64,000 bases of DNA from Octopus sinensis (GCF_006345805.1 NC_042997.1:195486001-195550000); one strand, 5' to 3'; positions 1-10,714 are shown, numbered from the stretch's first letter. Notes: generated from the letters alone by a model not told the origin. Translations and numbers: made by a program.

Positions 1-230
1 ATTGAGCTCATCATAGAAAGGATTGTCTTATTACATATTACAAATCCACGAAAACCCTCCCACCCCTTAGAACATGCAGAAATAATTCTATAGATTAATA
101 TGGAATAACGTCTTACTTTGATTTTCTTTTGTCCAGGAAACTGTTTTTCAACGCTCGGGAGCAATTTTATTCTATAGCAAATATTCTAGATATACATAAT
201 TTAAAAGGCAGTACCACGGCTTCTCTGGTT

Positions 231-303
231 GCCGTGATCGACTGGTGGTTAGGACACATATGTTGTACCTGTGTTAACCCAGGCTCGAATCTTAGTCACA
301 GCA
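231..303 (+). pseudogene. Degenerate tRNA-His copy
   Basis: GCCGTGATCGACTGGTGGTTAGGAC...AACCCAGGCTCGAATCTTAGTCACAGCA is colinear with the intact copies. The anticodon arm carries an insertion and substitutions. Confidence 0.8.
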
Positions 304-392
304 ACTAAGTTTATTAATTTTTGTACATTTTTGTTTATTTAGTATTATATTGATTTATCTCTTTACGTTGTCTGCATTACTTTGATATATAA

Positions 393-733
393 CTAGCAGC
401 TAAGCCCAGTTTCTCCTGGTCGGTTTGGATGATGTGGCTGTAAAACCTGCTCTGTGTAAGCATTCGATTTCTTTGGGCACGCTTACGTTAACACACACAC
501 ACACACATACACATACACACACACACACGCATTACGTTAACACACACATGCATTCACATACCTACCTTTTACAAACAAATATATTCATACAGATTTGAAA
601 CGCTGTTTGATTTATTTTTTCAGCGTACAATTTTCATCATCCCACTACCAAGTATGACATCACCCCTTCCTTCTTTATTCATTTATAAACCTTCTTTTCT
701 CATTCATAAACACAAGAGTATTATTATAGTAGA
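393..733 (-). mobile_element. Non-autonomous Helitron-like element containing (CA)n
   Basis: On the minus strand: A|TC...CTAG|T termini and a subterminal CCAG-n6-CTGG hairpin. Absent from the paralogous position near 6590. Confidence 0.55.
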
Positions 734-930
734 TAATCTCGGTAGCCATGGGAACTATGAAAAAAATACAAAACCCAGCATCACCACCGCGTCATTCTAC
801 ACATCTGTGTAATTTTTCGCGCAATTCCACCCAGTCATTTGAGCGTGAATCCCAAGCCAAAAAAGAATCGGTCATGTCAAATTCATATGCATAGATTTTA
901 TATTTTCAAGTTTTCTGATTGTTTGTCGTT

Positions 931-1097
931 GCAAGCTAGCAGAATGGTTAGCACTCCGAGCAAAATGCTTAGCGGCATTTCGTCCGTCTTTCGCGTACTG
1001 CGTTCAAATTTCGCCGAGACAGACTTTCTTTTTTGCTACTTTCGATGTCGATAAAATAAGTACCTGTTGAGCAGTGCGGTGAATGCATTCGACTTAC
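931..1097 (+). mobile_element. Degenerate SINE relic (family 'B', GGCGAGCTGGCAGA-type) within the tRNA repeat unit
   Basis: Colinear with the intact SINE at 43562-43792. Further relics lie near 6628, 9596, 11087, 12198 and 13672. Confidence 0.65.
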
Positions 1098-1320
1098 TTC
1101 CTTCCCTGGAAATTGCTGGCATTGTGCCAACATTTGAAAATAATATTTATATCCACATTACGTTTCCATCAATTCTAACGCCATTCACATTTCAAAGTTC
1201 CCCAAAATTCATCAGAGAAGGCAGGTTTGTTGTAAGAAGATCGTACCCAATGCATGCAAAAATATTCTACACATTGAACAAATTGATTTGTTTACGCGGT
1301 GAAATAATCGTAGTCTACCG

Positions 1321-1345
1321 CCAATATTCTAGATATAGATAATTG
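1321..1345 (+). promoter_or_regulatory. Conserved upstream TATA-like box of the tRNA-His genes
   Basis: CCAATATTCTAGATATAGATAATTG begins 53 nt upstream of the tRNA here and, with minor variants, at 3810, 7136, 10767(-), 11554 and 14076. Confidence 0.5.
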
Positions 1346-1373
1346 AGAAGCTGATGCATCAGCTGTTCTCTCG

Positions 1374-1445
1374 GCCGTGATCGTCTAGTGGTTAGGACCC
1401 CACGTTGTGGCCGTGGTAACCCAGGTTCGAATCCTGGTCACGGCA
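1374..1445 (+). tRNA. tRNA-His-GTG: tRNA-His (GTG), intact
   Basis: 72-nt cloverleaf: acceptor GCCGTGA/TCACGGC, D stem GTC/GAC, anticodon stem CCACG/CGTGG with loop TTGTGGC, T stem CCAGG/CCTGG with TTCGAAT, A73. T5 tract at 1460-1464. Confidence 0.97.
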
Positions 1446-1504
1446 ATTCAGCTACGTTATTTTTCATATATATTCTCCTTTTATTGATTTTCTTAATAAA
1501 GTAC

Positions 1505-2411
1505 GGTGCTTCTTTAGAAGCGTACGTCTCCAAGAAAATGACGCTTACTTGTAAAAAAAGTTAGTAAAATGGGAGATATATACCAAATATATAAAGTATG
1601 CAAAAAATTAGGAAGATTCATCTATTTCTAAATATTTTATACTAAAATATAAAGTAAACGGAAAATGGGCACTCGCGAATATATACAAACATGTCGGACG
1701 ATACAAGAGGCGGTAACTTACTTTTACCAATTAGATATTATCATTGATTCAAGGGGCCCAACAATATCGTCTGCGAATTTCACAATCTTTTTCTTAAAAG
1801 TCAGTTTATATCTAATATATATTATTATGTCAAATTTTGTGCCTGAATGGGAAATTTTTAATGCTATGACCCTATTTCGTCCCCGAAGAGATTTGAGAAC
1901 AACAAAAAAAGCCATTGACCAGTGTAGAAAATTTGGATTACTATCAAATCAAGAAATTTGTTGTGGAGTGCCATAATTTGCATACGTCTTAAACATATTT
2001 ACTCTGTTGTTTTATAATCATTTCTGCTGTATATCACATCATAATATGGGCAAAGATAAAGCGAGTGCACACCACCTAATCCTAACCCGGCAACTACCCT
2101 AAACCTAAAACCAACCCTAACCCATGTGTGCAGTAAAAAATATGATTGAAAACAATCAAGAATTTGCAAACGTTATTGTCGGGACCCTCGTATCATTTAA
2201 TAATCTCTGATACAAGTTACCGCCCCTTATATCGTCCGACATGTTTGTCTATATTCGTGAGTGTTCGTTTTCTGTGTTTTATTTTTTTAGTATAAAATAT
2301 TAAAAAATGGACGAATCTTCCTAAATTTTGCATACTTCATTTATTTTGGATATATTTCTCATTTTCATAATTTTTTTCTAGAAATTAATCGTCATTTTCT
2401 AAAGAAGTACC
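1505..2411 (+). mobile_element. Non-autonomous TIR transposon, Merlin-like
   Basis: Imperfect TIRs of about 200 bp starting GGTGCTTCTTTAG / ending CTAAAGAAGTACC. 8-bp TSD TAAAGTAC at 1497-1504 and 2412-2419. Internal 49-aa ORF 1827-1976 (KAIDQCRKFGLLSNQEICCG) resembles a Merlin transposase N-terminus. Internal CCCTAA-like tract. Confidence 0.75.
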
Positions 2412-2489
2412 TAAAGTACGATGTAATAAGGCAGCGGCATTTGTTTCAGTTATTTGTATTACTTTATATATAATTTTAGATTTCAACGT

Positions 2490-3420
2490 TCTTCTACTCG
2501 TGAGCATCATTCTGCTTTTGCAGTATGGCCGTAATATACATTTGTCGAAAAATGACTTTGGTCTTGTTTCCTATTGGAAATTGTTTCTTCATGTAGGGAA
2601 GTAATCATATCTCTTGCAATTTTAGGTATACCAATGCAGTAATTCACTGTTCACGACATGTAAAAACACTAACGACTGCATGTGGAAAATATATCCCATA
2701 CTAGGATTCCACCTCGTCTATGATTCATGGCCGTTGTAATCCACTCAGAGAGCAATCTCTTATCGGTTCTTTGAAGGTAACGTTTTGTGGTATCATTACG
2801 AACCTTAAATCTTGATTCATCCACTGCAGAGGACTTTCTGAAACCAGTCTGAATCCTCGTTACCACACTTCTCCAAAGAAGTGCAACCGGTGTTTAATAT
2901 TTTTCTGGGTGAAAATGTTCCGTCGGGGTCAACATTGCTTTTCATGTATACTGATAAGTATTATTTATTGCTACTTCAATACGACTGTTACGAAGGAACT
3001 GACGCTACCGTTTTTTAAGCCCATGGGGACTTCTCCTGCATCTTGTTTTTCGATGCAATCTGCATCCGATATTTATATTGCAACCAGGGGAGTGAACACC
3101 GACCATGATCCAGCTACGAGATCACCAGACCGTGCGGTCTCGCCCTCTTTATGGTCATTCTATGTGATGGATACTTGTCCGCTAGAGATAGCAGTAGTAC
3201 ACTGCAGTTTGTAATATATAGAAAACAATTGACACCCACTCACTGATCATGCAACAAGTAAGTTATCATGTTAGCAGATCTCTATAAGAGATAAAAGCAG
3301 TAACTATAAGTAATGCATATCGCCACATATCCGATGCTGATTGAATCCAAAAGCCGGATGGAGGAGGCGTCCTCCTGGCGTTAAAATAACAGTAACTTCG
3401 GCTTCAACGGAGCAGCCATG
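2490..3420 (-). mobile_element. Decayed Tc1-family transposase relic
   Basis: Minus-strand frames with frameshifts give TQKNIKHRLHF / DWFQKVLCS / DESRF...HRRGGILVWDIFS, matching the Tc1 motifs RLxFA, WxKVLWSDESKF and HGGGSVMVWGCFS. Confidence 0.75.
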
Positions 3421-3555
3421 TTTTGGTGATTATAAACATTTCTTTGATTTTTCTTTCTTCAGGAAACTGTTTTTTGACGCTTGGAAGTGATTTTATTCTA
3501 CTGCCAATATTCTAAAAATCGTAATTTAAAAGTTTGTCTAGCAGATATCTTGTTG

Positions 3556-3596
3556 GTCGTGTTTGTCTAGTGCGTAGGATCTTCATGTTTTGGCCG
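3556..3596 (+). pseudogene. 5' fragment of tRNA-His joined to a SINE body
   Basis: GTCGTGTTTGTCTAGTGCGTAGGATCTTCATGTTTTGGCC is followed directly by GGCATTTCGCCTGTC (SINE B body). Confidence 0.6.
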
Positions 3597-3862
3597 GCAT
3601 TTCGCCTGTCTTTCCATTTTGAGTTCAAATATCGCCGAGGACTTTTCATTTTTTGGGGTCAATAAAATAAGTATCAGTTGAGCAACGGCATTGATATAAT
3701 AGACTTACTCTGCCCCAGACAAATTTCAGGCATTGTGCCTATCATGGAAAGGGTTATCTGTCCGAAACAAATTGCTTTGTTTACGCAGGGAAATAATCGT
3801 AGTCTACCGCCAATATTCTAGATATAGATAATTGATAAGCTGTTGCAGCAGCTGGTCTCTCG

Positions 3863-3934
3863 GCCGTGATCGTCTAGTGGTTAGGACCCCACGTTGTGGC
3901 CGTGGTAACCCAGGTTCGAATCCTAGTCACGGCA
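3863..3934 (+). tRNA. tRNA-His-GTG: tRNA-His (GTG), T-stem variant
   Basis: Identical to 1374 except CCTAG in the T stem (one C:A mismatch). T4 tract at 3949-3952. Confidence 0.85.
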
Positions 3935-4049
3935 GCTCAGCTCCGTTATTTTACATACATATTGTCTTTTTATTGATTTTCTTAATAAAGTACTATGTGA
4001 TATGGCAACGACATCTGTTTACATTACTTTAAATATATAATTTTAGATT

Positions 4050-4960
4050 TCAAGGTTCTTCTACTCGCGAGCATCGCTTTGCTTTTTCAGTATGGACCGT
4101 TATATAGCTTTGTCGAAAAATGACTTGGGTCTTGTTTCCTATAGGAAATTGTTTCTTCATGCAGGAAAGTAATCGTACCTCTAGCAATTTTAGGTACACC
4201 AATGCAGTAATTAACTGTTCACGGCATGTAAACACTCTAACAGCTGCAGAGGAAAATATATCCCATACTAGGATTCCACCTCGTCTATGATTCGTGACCG
4301 TTGAAATCCACTCAGAGAGCAATCTCTTATCGGTTCTTTGAGGATAACATTTTGTGGTATCATTACAAACCTTAAATCTTGATTCATCCACTGCAGAGGA
4401 CTTTCTGAAACCAGTCTGAACAAATCGTTACCACACTTCTCCAAAAAAGTGCAACCGGTGCTTAATATTTTTTCTAGCTGAAAAAGTTCCGTTGAGGTTA
4501 ACATTGCCTTTCATATATACTGATAAGTAATGTTTATTGCTACTTCAACATGACTGTTACGAAGGAACCGACGTTACTGTTTTTCTTAAGCCCATTGGGA
4601 CTTCCCCTGCATCTTGTTACTTGATGCAATCTGCATCCGATATTTATATTGCAACCAGAGGAGTGAACACCAAGCATGATGCAGCTACGAGGTCACCAGA
4701 CTGTACGGTGTCGCCCTCTTTGTGGTCATCCTATGTGATGGATACTTGTCCGCTAGAGATAGCAGTAGTTCACTGCAGTTTGTAATATGTAGAAAACAAT
4801 TGACACCCACTCACTGATCATGCAACAAGTAAGTTAGCATGTTAGAAGATCTCTATAAGAGATAAAAGCAGTAACTATAAGTAATGCGTATCGCCACATA
4901 TCCGATGCTGATTGAATCCAAAAGCCGGATGGAGGAGGCGTTAAAATAAACAGTAACTTC
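4050..4960 (-). mobile_element. Decayed Tc1-family transposase relic
   Basis: ORF 4050-4391: DESRF...HRRGGILVWDIFSSAAV...VIFRQSYITVHT. Paralog of 2490-3420. Confidence 0.75.
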
Positions 4961-5108
4961 GACTTCAACGAAGCCAATTTACAGCCAATATTCTAGATAT
5001 CGATAACTGAGAAGCAGGCCCATTAGCTCGTCTCTCGGGCGTGATCGATTTACAGCCAATATTCTAGATATCGATAACTGAGAAGCAGGCCCATTAGCTC
5101 GTCTCTCG

Positions 5109-5180
5109 GGCGTGATCGTCTAGTGGTTAGAAGCCTGCGTTGTGAATGTGATAACCTCGGTTGCAATCCTGGTCACGGTA
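5109..5180 (+). pseudogene. Degenerate tRNA-His
   Basis: GGCGTGATCGTCTAGTGGTTAGAAGCCTGCGTTGTGAATGTG...CCTGGTCACGGTA. All stems are broken. Confidence 0.8.
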
Positions 5181-5400
5181 GATCGGCTTTCTTTTAATTT
5201 TCATACATATATTTGTCTTTTGCGGAGGCACATTGTCTAGTGGTTAGAGCAGCGGACTCGCGATCGTGGGATATTCACTGAGTTTTTCACGACCGATATT
5301 CTGTTTGTTCTTGTAGCGTGGACTGAACTGGTGAGTTGAAAAAAGATAATTTTGTGTTTTCTCCAATATTTGAGACTCCTCGGCAGTAGCTGGTCTCTCG

Positions 5401-5472
5401 GCCGTGATCGTCTAGTGATTAGGACCCCACGTTGTGGCCGTGGTAACCCAGGTTCGAATCCTGGTCACGGCA
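5401..5472 (+). tRNA. tRNA-His-GTG: tRNA-His (GTG), D-loop variant (possibly inactive)
   Basis: Identical to 1374 except TAGTGATT for TAGTGGTT, which breaks the conserved D-loop GG. The upstream TATA-like segment is deleted. Confidence 0.75.
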
Positions 5473-5619
5473 GTACCGGCTAGTTTATTTTCATACATAT
5501 TTTTCTCTTTGTATTGATTTTCTTAATAGAGTAAGATGTGATATAGCAGCGACATCTGTTTAAGTTATTTGTATTACTTTTTTATATATAATTTTAGATT
5601 TGGAAGTTTTTGTAGTCTC

Positions 5620-6020
5620 AAGCAAGGCCCTGCTTTTGCATTGTGGGTAGGAATATTGCTTTGTTGATAAATTACACTGTCTTTGTTTCCTATAGAAAAT
5701 TGTTTCTCCACACACTGGAAGTAAACGTATCTGTAACAATGTTAGGTATTCTGATGCAGTAATTGACTATACACGCCCAGTAAACAAACTAACGGCCGCA
5801 GAGGAAAATGCATCCCATACTGGGATTCCACTTAGTCTATTATGCATAGCTGTTGATATAGACTCAAAGAGGAATGTCTTATCGATTCTGTGAAGACAAC
5901 GTTCTGTGGTACCATTACAATTTTCAAATCTTGAATCATCCACTCTGGAGGACTTTCTGAAACCAGTCTGAACCATTGATACCATACTTGCCCCACCCCA
6001 AATGCAACCGGTGCTTAATA
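5620..6020 (-). mobile_element. More diverged Tc1 transposase relic
   Basis: ORF 5767-5985: DDSRF...HNRLSGIPVWDAFSSAAV. Confidence 0.65.
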
Positions 6021-6441
6021 TTACTCTTGGGAACTGGAAGAATCATTAGCACGCGGGGTAAAAGGATTACCGGCATTTCGCCTGTCTTTCAATTTTGAGT
6101 TCAAATTTCGCCGAGGACTATTTTACTTTTCATCTTTTGAGGTCAATAAAATAAGTATGATTTGAGCAACGGCATTGATATAATGGACTTACTCCGTCCC
6201 AGAAAAATTTCAGGCCTTGTGCCTATCATAGAAAGGACTGTCTTATTACATATTACAAATCCATGTAAAAACACCACAAAAACATGCAGAAATAAATCTA
6301 TAGATTAATATGGAATAACATATTACTTTGATTTCCTTTTGTCGAGGAAAATGCATTTTCAAAGCTCGTGGGCAATCGTATTCTATCGCCAATATTATAG
6401 ATATACAAAATTTAAAAGTTTGTTTGTTACGTGGTCTGGCT

Positions 6442-6500
6442 GCCGTGGTCGTCTAGGAGCTTGAACGCTATGTGACAAGTTCGATTCATGCGCAACGTTG
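6442..6500 (+). pseudogene. Highly degenerate tRNA-His remnant
   Basis: GCCGTGGTCGTCTAG start at the position paralogous to the 231 pseudogene, with the upstream motif retained. Confidence 0.5.
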
Positions 6501-7188
6501 GTAGTGTAGTTGTTTTATGTACATTTTTTTAATATTTCGTGTTATATTGATTTATTTGTTTAGGTTGTTTGCATTGATTATATATATATAATTTCATAAT
6601 TCAAAGTTTTCTTAGTTTTTGTCGTTGCGAGCTGGCAGACTGGTTAGCACCTCGAGCGAAATGCTTAGCCGCATTTCGTCCGTCTTTCGCGCAATGAGCT
6701 CTAATTCAGCCGAGACAGACTTTCTTTTTTGTTACTTTCGATGTCAATAAAATAAGTACCAGTTGAGCAGTGGGGTGATTGCAATCGACTTACATCCTTC
6801 CTGGAAATTGCTGGCATTGTTGCAATATTTCAAAATAACATTTATATCTACATTACGTTTCCATGAATTCTTACGCCATTCACATTTCACAGTTCCCCAA
6901 AATTCATCAGAGAAGGCAGGTTTGTTGTAAGACGCCCGTACCCAGTGCGTGCAAAAATATTCTACACATGATTCAAATTTGAACTCTGATTTGTCCAGAA
7001 CACTAGTTTTTCACGACCGATTTTCTGCTTGTTCTTGTAGCGTGGATAGAACTGGTGATTTGAAAAAAAAATAATTTTGTGTTTCGTCCGAAACAAATTG
7101 ATTTGTTCACGTTGGGAAATAAACGTATTCTACCGCCAATATTCTAGATATAGATAATTGAGAAGCTGATGCAGCAGCTGTTCTCTCG

Positions 7189-7260
7189 GCCGTGATCGTC
7201 TAGTGGTTAGGACCCCACGTTGTGGCCGTGGTAACCCAGGTTCGAATCCTGGTCACGGCA
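7189..7260 (+). tRNA. tRNA-His-GTG: tRNA-His (GTG), intact
   Basis: Identical to 1374-1445, 5815 bp downstream. T tract follows. Confidence 0.97.
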
Positions 7261-7319
7261 ATTCAGCTACGTTATTTTTCATATATATTCTCCTTTTATT
7301 GATTTTCTTAATAAAGTAC

Positions 7320-8216
7320 GGTGCTTCTTTAGAAGCGCACGTCTCCAAGAAAATGACGCTTACTTGTAAAAAAAAGTTAGGAAAATGGGAGATATTTACC
7401 AAATAAATGAAGTATGAAAAAAATTAGGAAGATTCATCTATTTCTAAATATTTTATACTAAAATATAAAGTAAACGGAAAATGGGCACTCGCGAATATAT
7501 ACAAACATGTCGGACGATACAAGGGGCGGTAACTTACTTTTACCAGTCAGATATTATTAATGATTCAAAGGGCCCAACAATATCGTCTGCGAATTGTAAG
7601 AAGACCGTTTCACAGTCTTTTTCTTAAAAGTCAGTTTATAACTAATATATACTATTATGTCAAATTTTGGGCCTGAATGGGAAATCTTTAATGCTATGAC
7701 CCTATTTCGTCCCGGAAGAGATTTGAGAACAAGAGAAAAGGCCATTGACTGGTGTAGAAAATTTGGATTACTATCAAAACAAGAAATTTGTTGTGGAGTG
7801 CCATAACTTGCATACGTTTTGAGCATATTTACCCTTTTATTTTATAATTATTTCTGTTGTATATCACATCATAAAATAGGCGAAGGTAAAGCGAGTGCAC
7901 ATCGCCTAACCCTAAAACTAACACTAACCCTAACCAGTGTGTGCAGTAAAAAATCTGATTAAAAACAAATCAAGAAATTGCAAACGTTATTGTCGGGCCC
8001 CTTGTATCATTTAATAATCTCTGATACAAGTTACCGCACTTTGTTTTGTCCGACATGTTTATTTATATTCGCGAGTGCCCGTTTTCCGATTTTAGTATAA
8101 AATATTAAAAAATGGACGAATCTTCTTAATTTTTTGCATACTTCATTTATTTGGGATATATTTCTCATTTTTATAATTTTGTTTAGCAATTAAGTGTCAT
8201 TTTCTAAAGAGGTACC
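7320..8216 (+). mobile_element. Merlin-like TIR element, duplicated copy
   Basis: TSD TAAAGTAC at 7312-7319 and 8217-8224. ORF 7657-7806 reads EKAIDWCRKFGLLSKQEICCGVP. Confidence 0.75.
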
Positions 8217-8299
8217 TAAAGTACGATGTGATAAGGCAGCGGCATTTGTTTAAGTTATTTGAATTGCTTTATATATATTTTTAGATTTCAACGTTCTTC

Positions 8300-9230
8300 T
8301 ACTGGCGACCATCACTCTGCTTTTGCAGTGTGGGCCGGAATATAGCGTTGTTGAAAAATAACATACGTTTTATTTTCTATAGAAAATTGTTTCTTCATGC
8401 AGGCAAGTAATCGTATCTCTAACAATTTTAGGTTTACCAATGCAGTAATTGACTGTTCACGGCATGTAAACACTCTAACAGCCGCAGAGAAAAATATATG
8501 CCATACTAGGATTCCACCTCGTCTATGATTCATGGCCGTTGAAATCCACTCAGAGAGCAATCTTTTATCGGTTCTTTGAAGGTAACGTTTTGTGGTATCA
8601 TTACAAACCTTAAATCTTGATTCATCCACTGCAGAGGATTTTCTGAAACCAGTCTGAACAAATCGTTACCACACTTCTCCAAAAAAGTGCAACCGGTGCT
8701 TAATATTTTTTCTAGCTGAAAAAGTTCCGTTGAGGTTAACATTGCCTTTCATATATACTGATAAGTAATGTTTATTGCTACTTCAACATGACTGTTACGA
8801 AGGAACCGACGTTACCGTTTTTCTTAAGCCCATGGGGACTTCCCCTGCATCTTGTTACTCGATGCAATCTGCATCCGATATTTATATTGCAACCAGGGGA
8901 GTGAACACCGATCATGATCCAGCTACGAGATCACCAGACCGTACGGTGTCCCCCTTCTTTGTGGTCATTCTATGTGATGGATACTTGTCCGCTAGAGATA
9001 GCAGTAGTTCACTGCAGTTTGTAATATATAGAAAACAATTGACACCCACTCACTGATCATGCAACGAGTAAGTTAGCATGTTAGAAGATCTCTATAAGAG
9101 ATAAAAGCAGTAACTATAAGTAATGCATATCGCCACATATCCGATGCTGATTGAATCCAAAAACCGGATGGAGGAGGCATCCCACTGGCGTTAAAATAAC
9201 AGTAACTTCGGCTTCAACGGAGCAGCCATG
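8300..9230 (-). mobile_element. Decayed Tc1-family transposase relic
   Basis: ORF 8312-8629: DESRF...HRRGGILVWHIFFSAAV...VIFQQRYIPAHTAK, matching Tc1 FQQDNAPxHTAK with the second catalytic Asp lost. Confidence 0.8.
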
Positions 9231-9366
9231 TTTTGGTGGTTATAAACATTACTTTGATTTTTCCTTTCTGCAGGAAACTGTTTTTGACGCCCGGAAGTGA
9301 TTTTATTCTACCGCCAATATTCTATAAATACATAATTTAAAATTATGTCTAGCAGATATCTTGTTG

Positions 9367-9440
9367 GTCGTGTTCGTCTAGTGCTTAGGATCTTCACGTT
9401 TTGGCCGTGGTAACCCTTGTTCGGTTAACTGGTCACGGCA
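9367..9440 (+). pseudogene. Degenerate tRNA-His
   Basis: 74 nt, colinear, with two insertions and a broken T arm. Confidence 0.8.
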
Positions 9441-10049
9441 GGTCTGTTAATTGTAGTTTTCGTACGTTTTTTTTCTACCTGTATTGATTTTCTTGATATA
9501 CTGCAACGCGATATCGCAGCTATACTTCTTTAATTGATTTGTATTACTTGTATATATAATTTATATTTAAAGTTTTCTTAGTGTGTTTGCCTTTGCGAGC
9601 TGGCAGAATGGTTAGCACGCCGAGCAAAATGCTTAGCGGCACTTCGTCCGTCTTTTGCGTACTGAGTTCATATTCCGCCGTACTCAACTTTCTGTTTTTT
9701 CTATTTCCGGGGTCAATAAAATAGGCATCAGTTCAGCACTAGGGTCAATGCAGTTTCCCAAAATTCATCAGAGAAGAGAAATTTCTTGTAAGAAGATCGT
9801 ACACAATGCATGCGAAAATATTCCCTACGCGATTCAAACTTGAGCTCTTAGTTATTCACAACGCGATATTCACTGAGTTTTTCCCAAACGATTTTCAGGA
9901 TGTTTCTGTTGTGTGGACTGGTTCGTTGAAAAATTACTTTGTTCGTGTTTTCGAGGAATTGCTTTGTTTACGCGGGAGAATAGTCGTATTATATCGACAA
10001 TATTCTAGATATAGATAATTGAAAAGCGGGCCCATTAGCTCGTCTCTCG

Positions 10050-10121
10050 GGCGTGATTGTCTAGTGGTTAGAAGCCTGTGTTGTTAAAGTGGTAACCTCG
10101 GTTCGAATCCTGGTCACAGTA
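10050..10121 (+). pseudogene. Degenerate tRNA-His (paralog of 5109)
   Basis: Shares GGCGTGA, GAAGCCTG and AACCTCGGTT with the 5109 copy. Confidence 0.8.
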
Positions 10122-10642
10122 GATCGGCCTTTTAAAAAATTTCAACTGCTGGTATTCGATGCAATCTGCATACAATATATATTGCAGCCAGGGGAGTGAA
10201 CTCTACCATGATCCAGCCATGAGATCACCAGACTGTACGGTATCGATCTCTTTGCAGTCATACTCTGTGATGGATAAAATAAGTACCAGTTGAGAACTGG
10301 GGTCAATGCAGTTTCCTCAAATTCATCAGAGAACACAAGTTTCTTGTCACAAGATCGTAGCCAATGCATGCATGAACAAAGCAATTTCTCGGACAAATCA
10401 CAAGATAAATTTTTTCAACGAAGCTGTTCTGCCACCACTATAAAAACATCCTGAAAATAGTTCGTGAAAAACTGAGTGAATATCGTGTTCTGAGCAAGTC
10501 TGATGTCAAGTTTGAATCGCGTATAGAATATTTTCGATCTTGTTACAAAAACTATCTGTGGTGAATTTTGGGAAACTGAAAATCAATAAAAAGAAAATCC
10601 GTAAAAAGAGAAAAATATGTTTGATAACAAACTAGCTGATAC

Positions 10643-10714
10643 TGCCGTGACCAGGATTTGAACCTGGGTTACCACGGCCACAACGTGGGGTCCTAACCAC
10701 TAGACGATCACGGC
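10643..10714 (-). tRNA. tRNA-His-GTG: tRNA-His (GTG), inverted copy
   Basis: Reverse complement of the intact gene with T loop TTCAAAT, a tolerated G57A change. Confidence 0.92.

Noticed and set aside
231-303. Apparent anticodon switches (GTA at 231, TTG at 9367)
   Set aside because: Both copies have indels and broken stems or B boxes. They are decayed His genes, not new isoacceptors.
2909-3214. Recurrent plus-strand ORF (GTSPASC...ATRSPD...CPLEIAVVH) in four copies (2909, 4537, 8775, 12848)
   Set aside because: Starts and ends differ between copies, and it lies antisense to the Tc1 N-terminal relic, so it is best explained as a shadow frame of a duplicated repeat.
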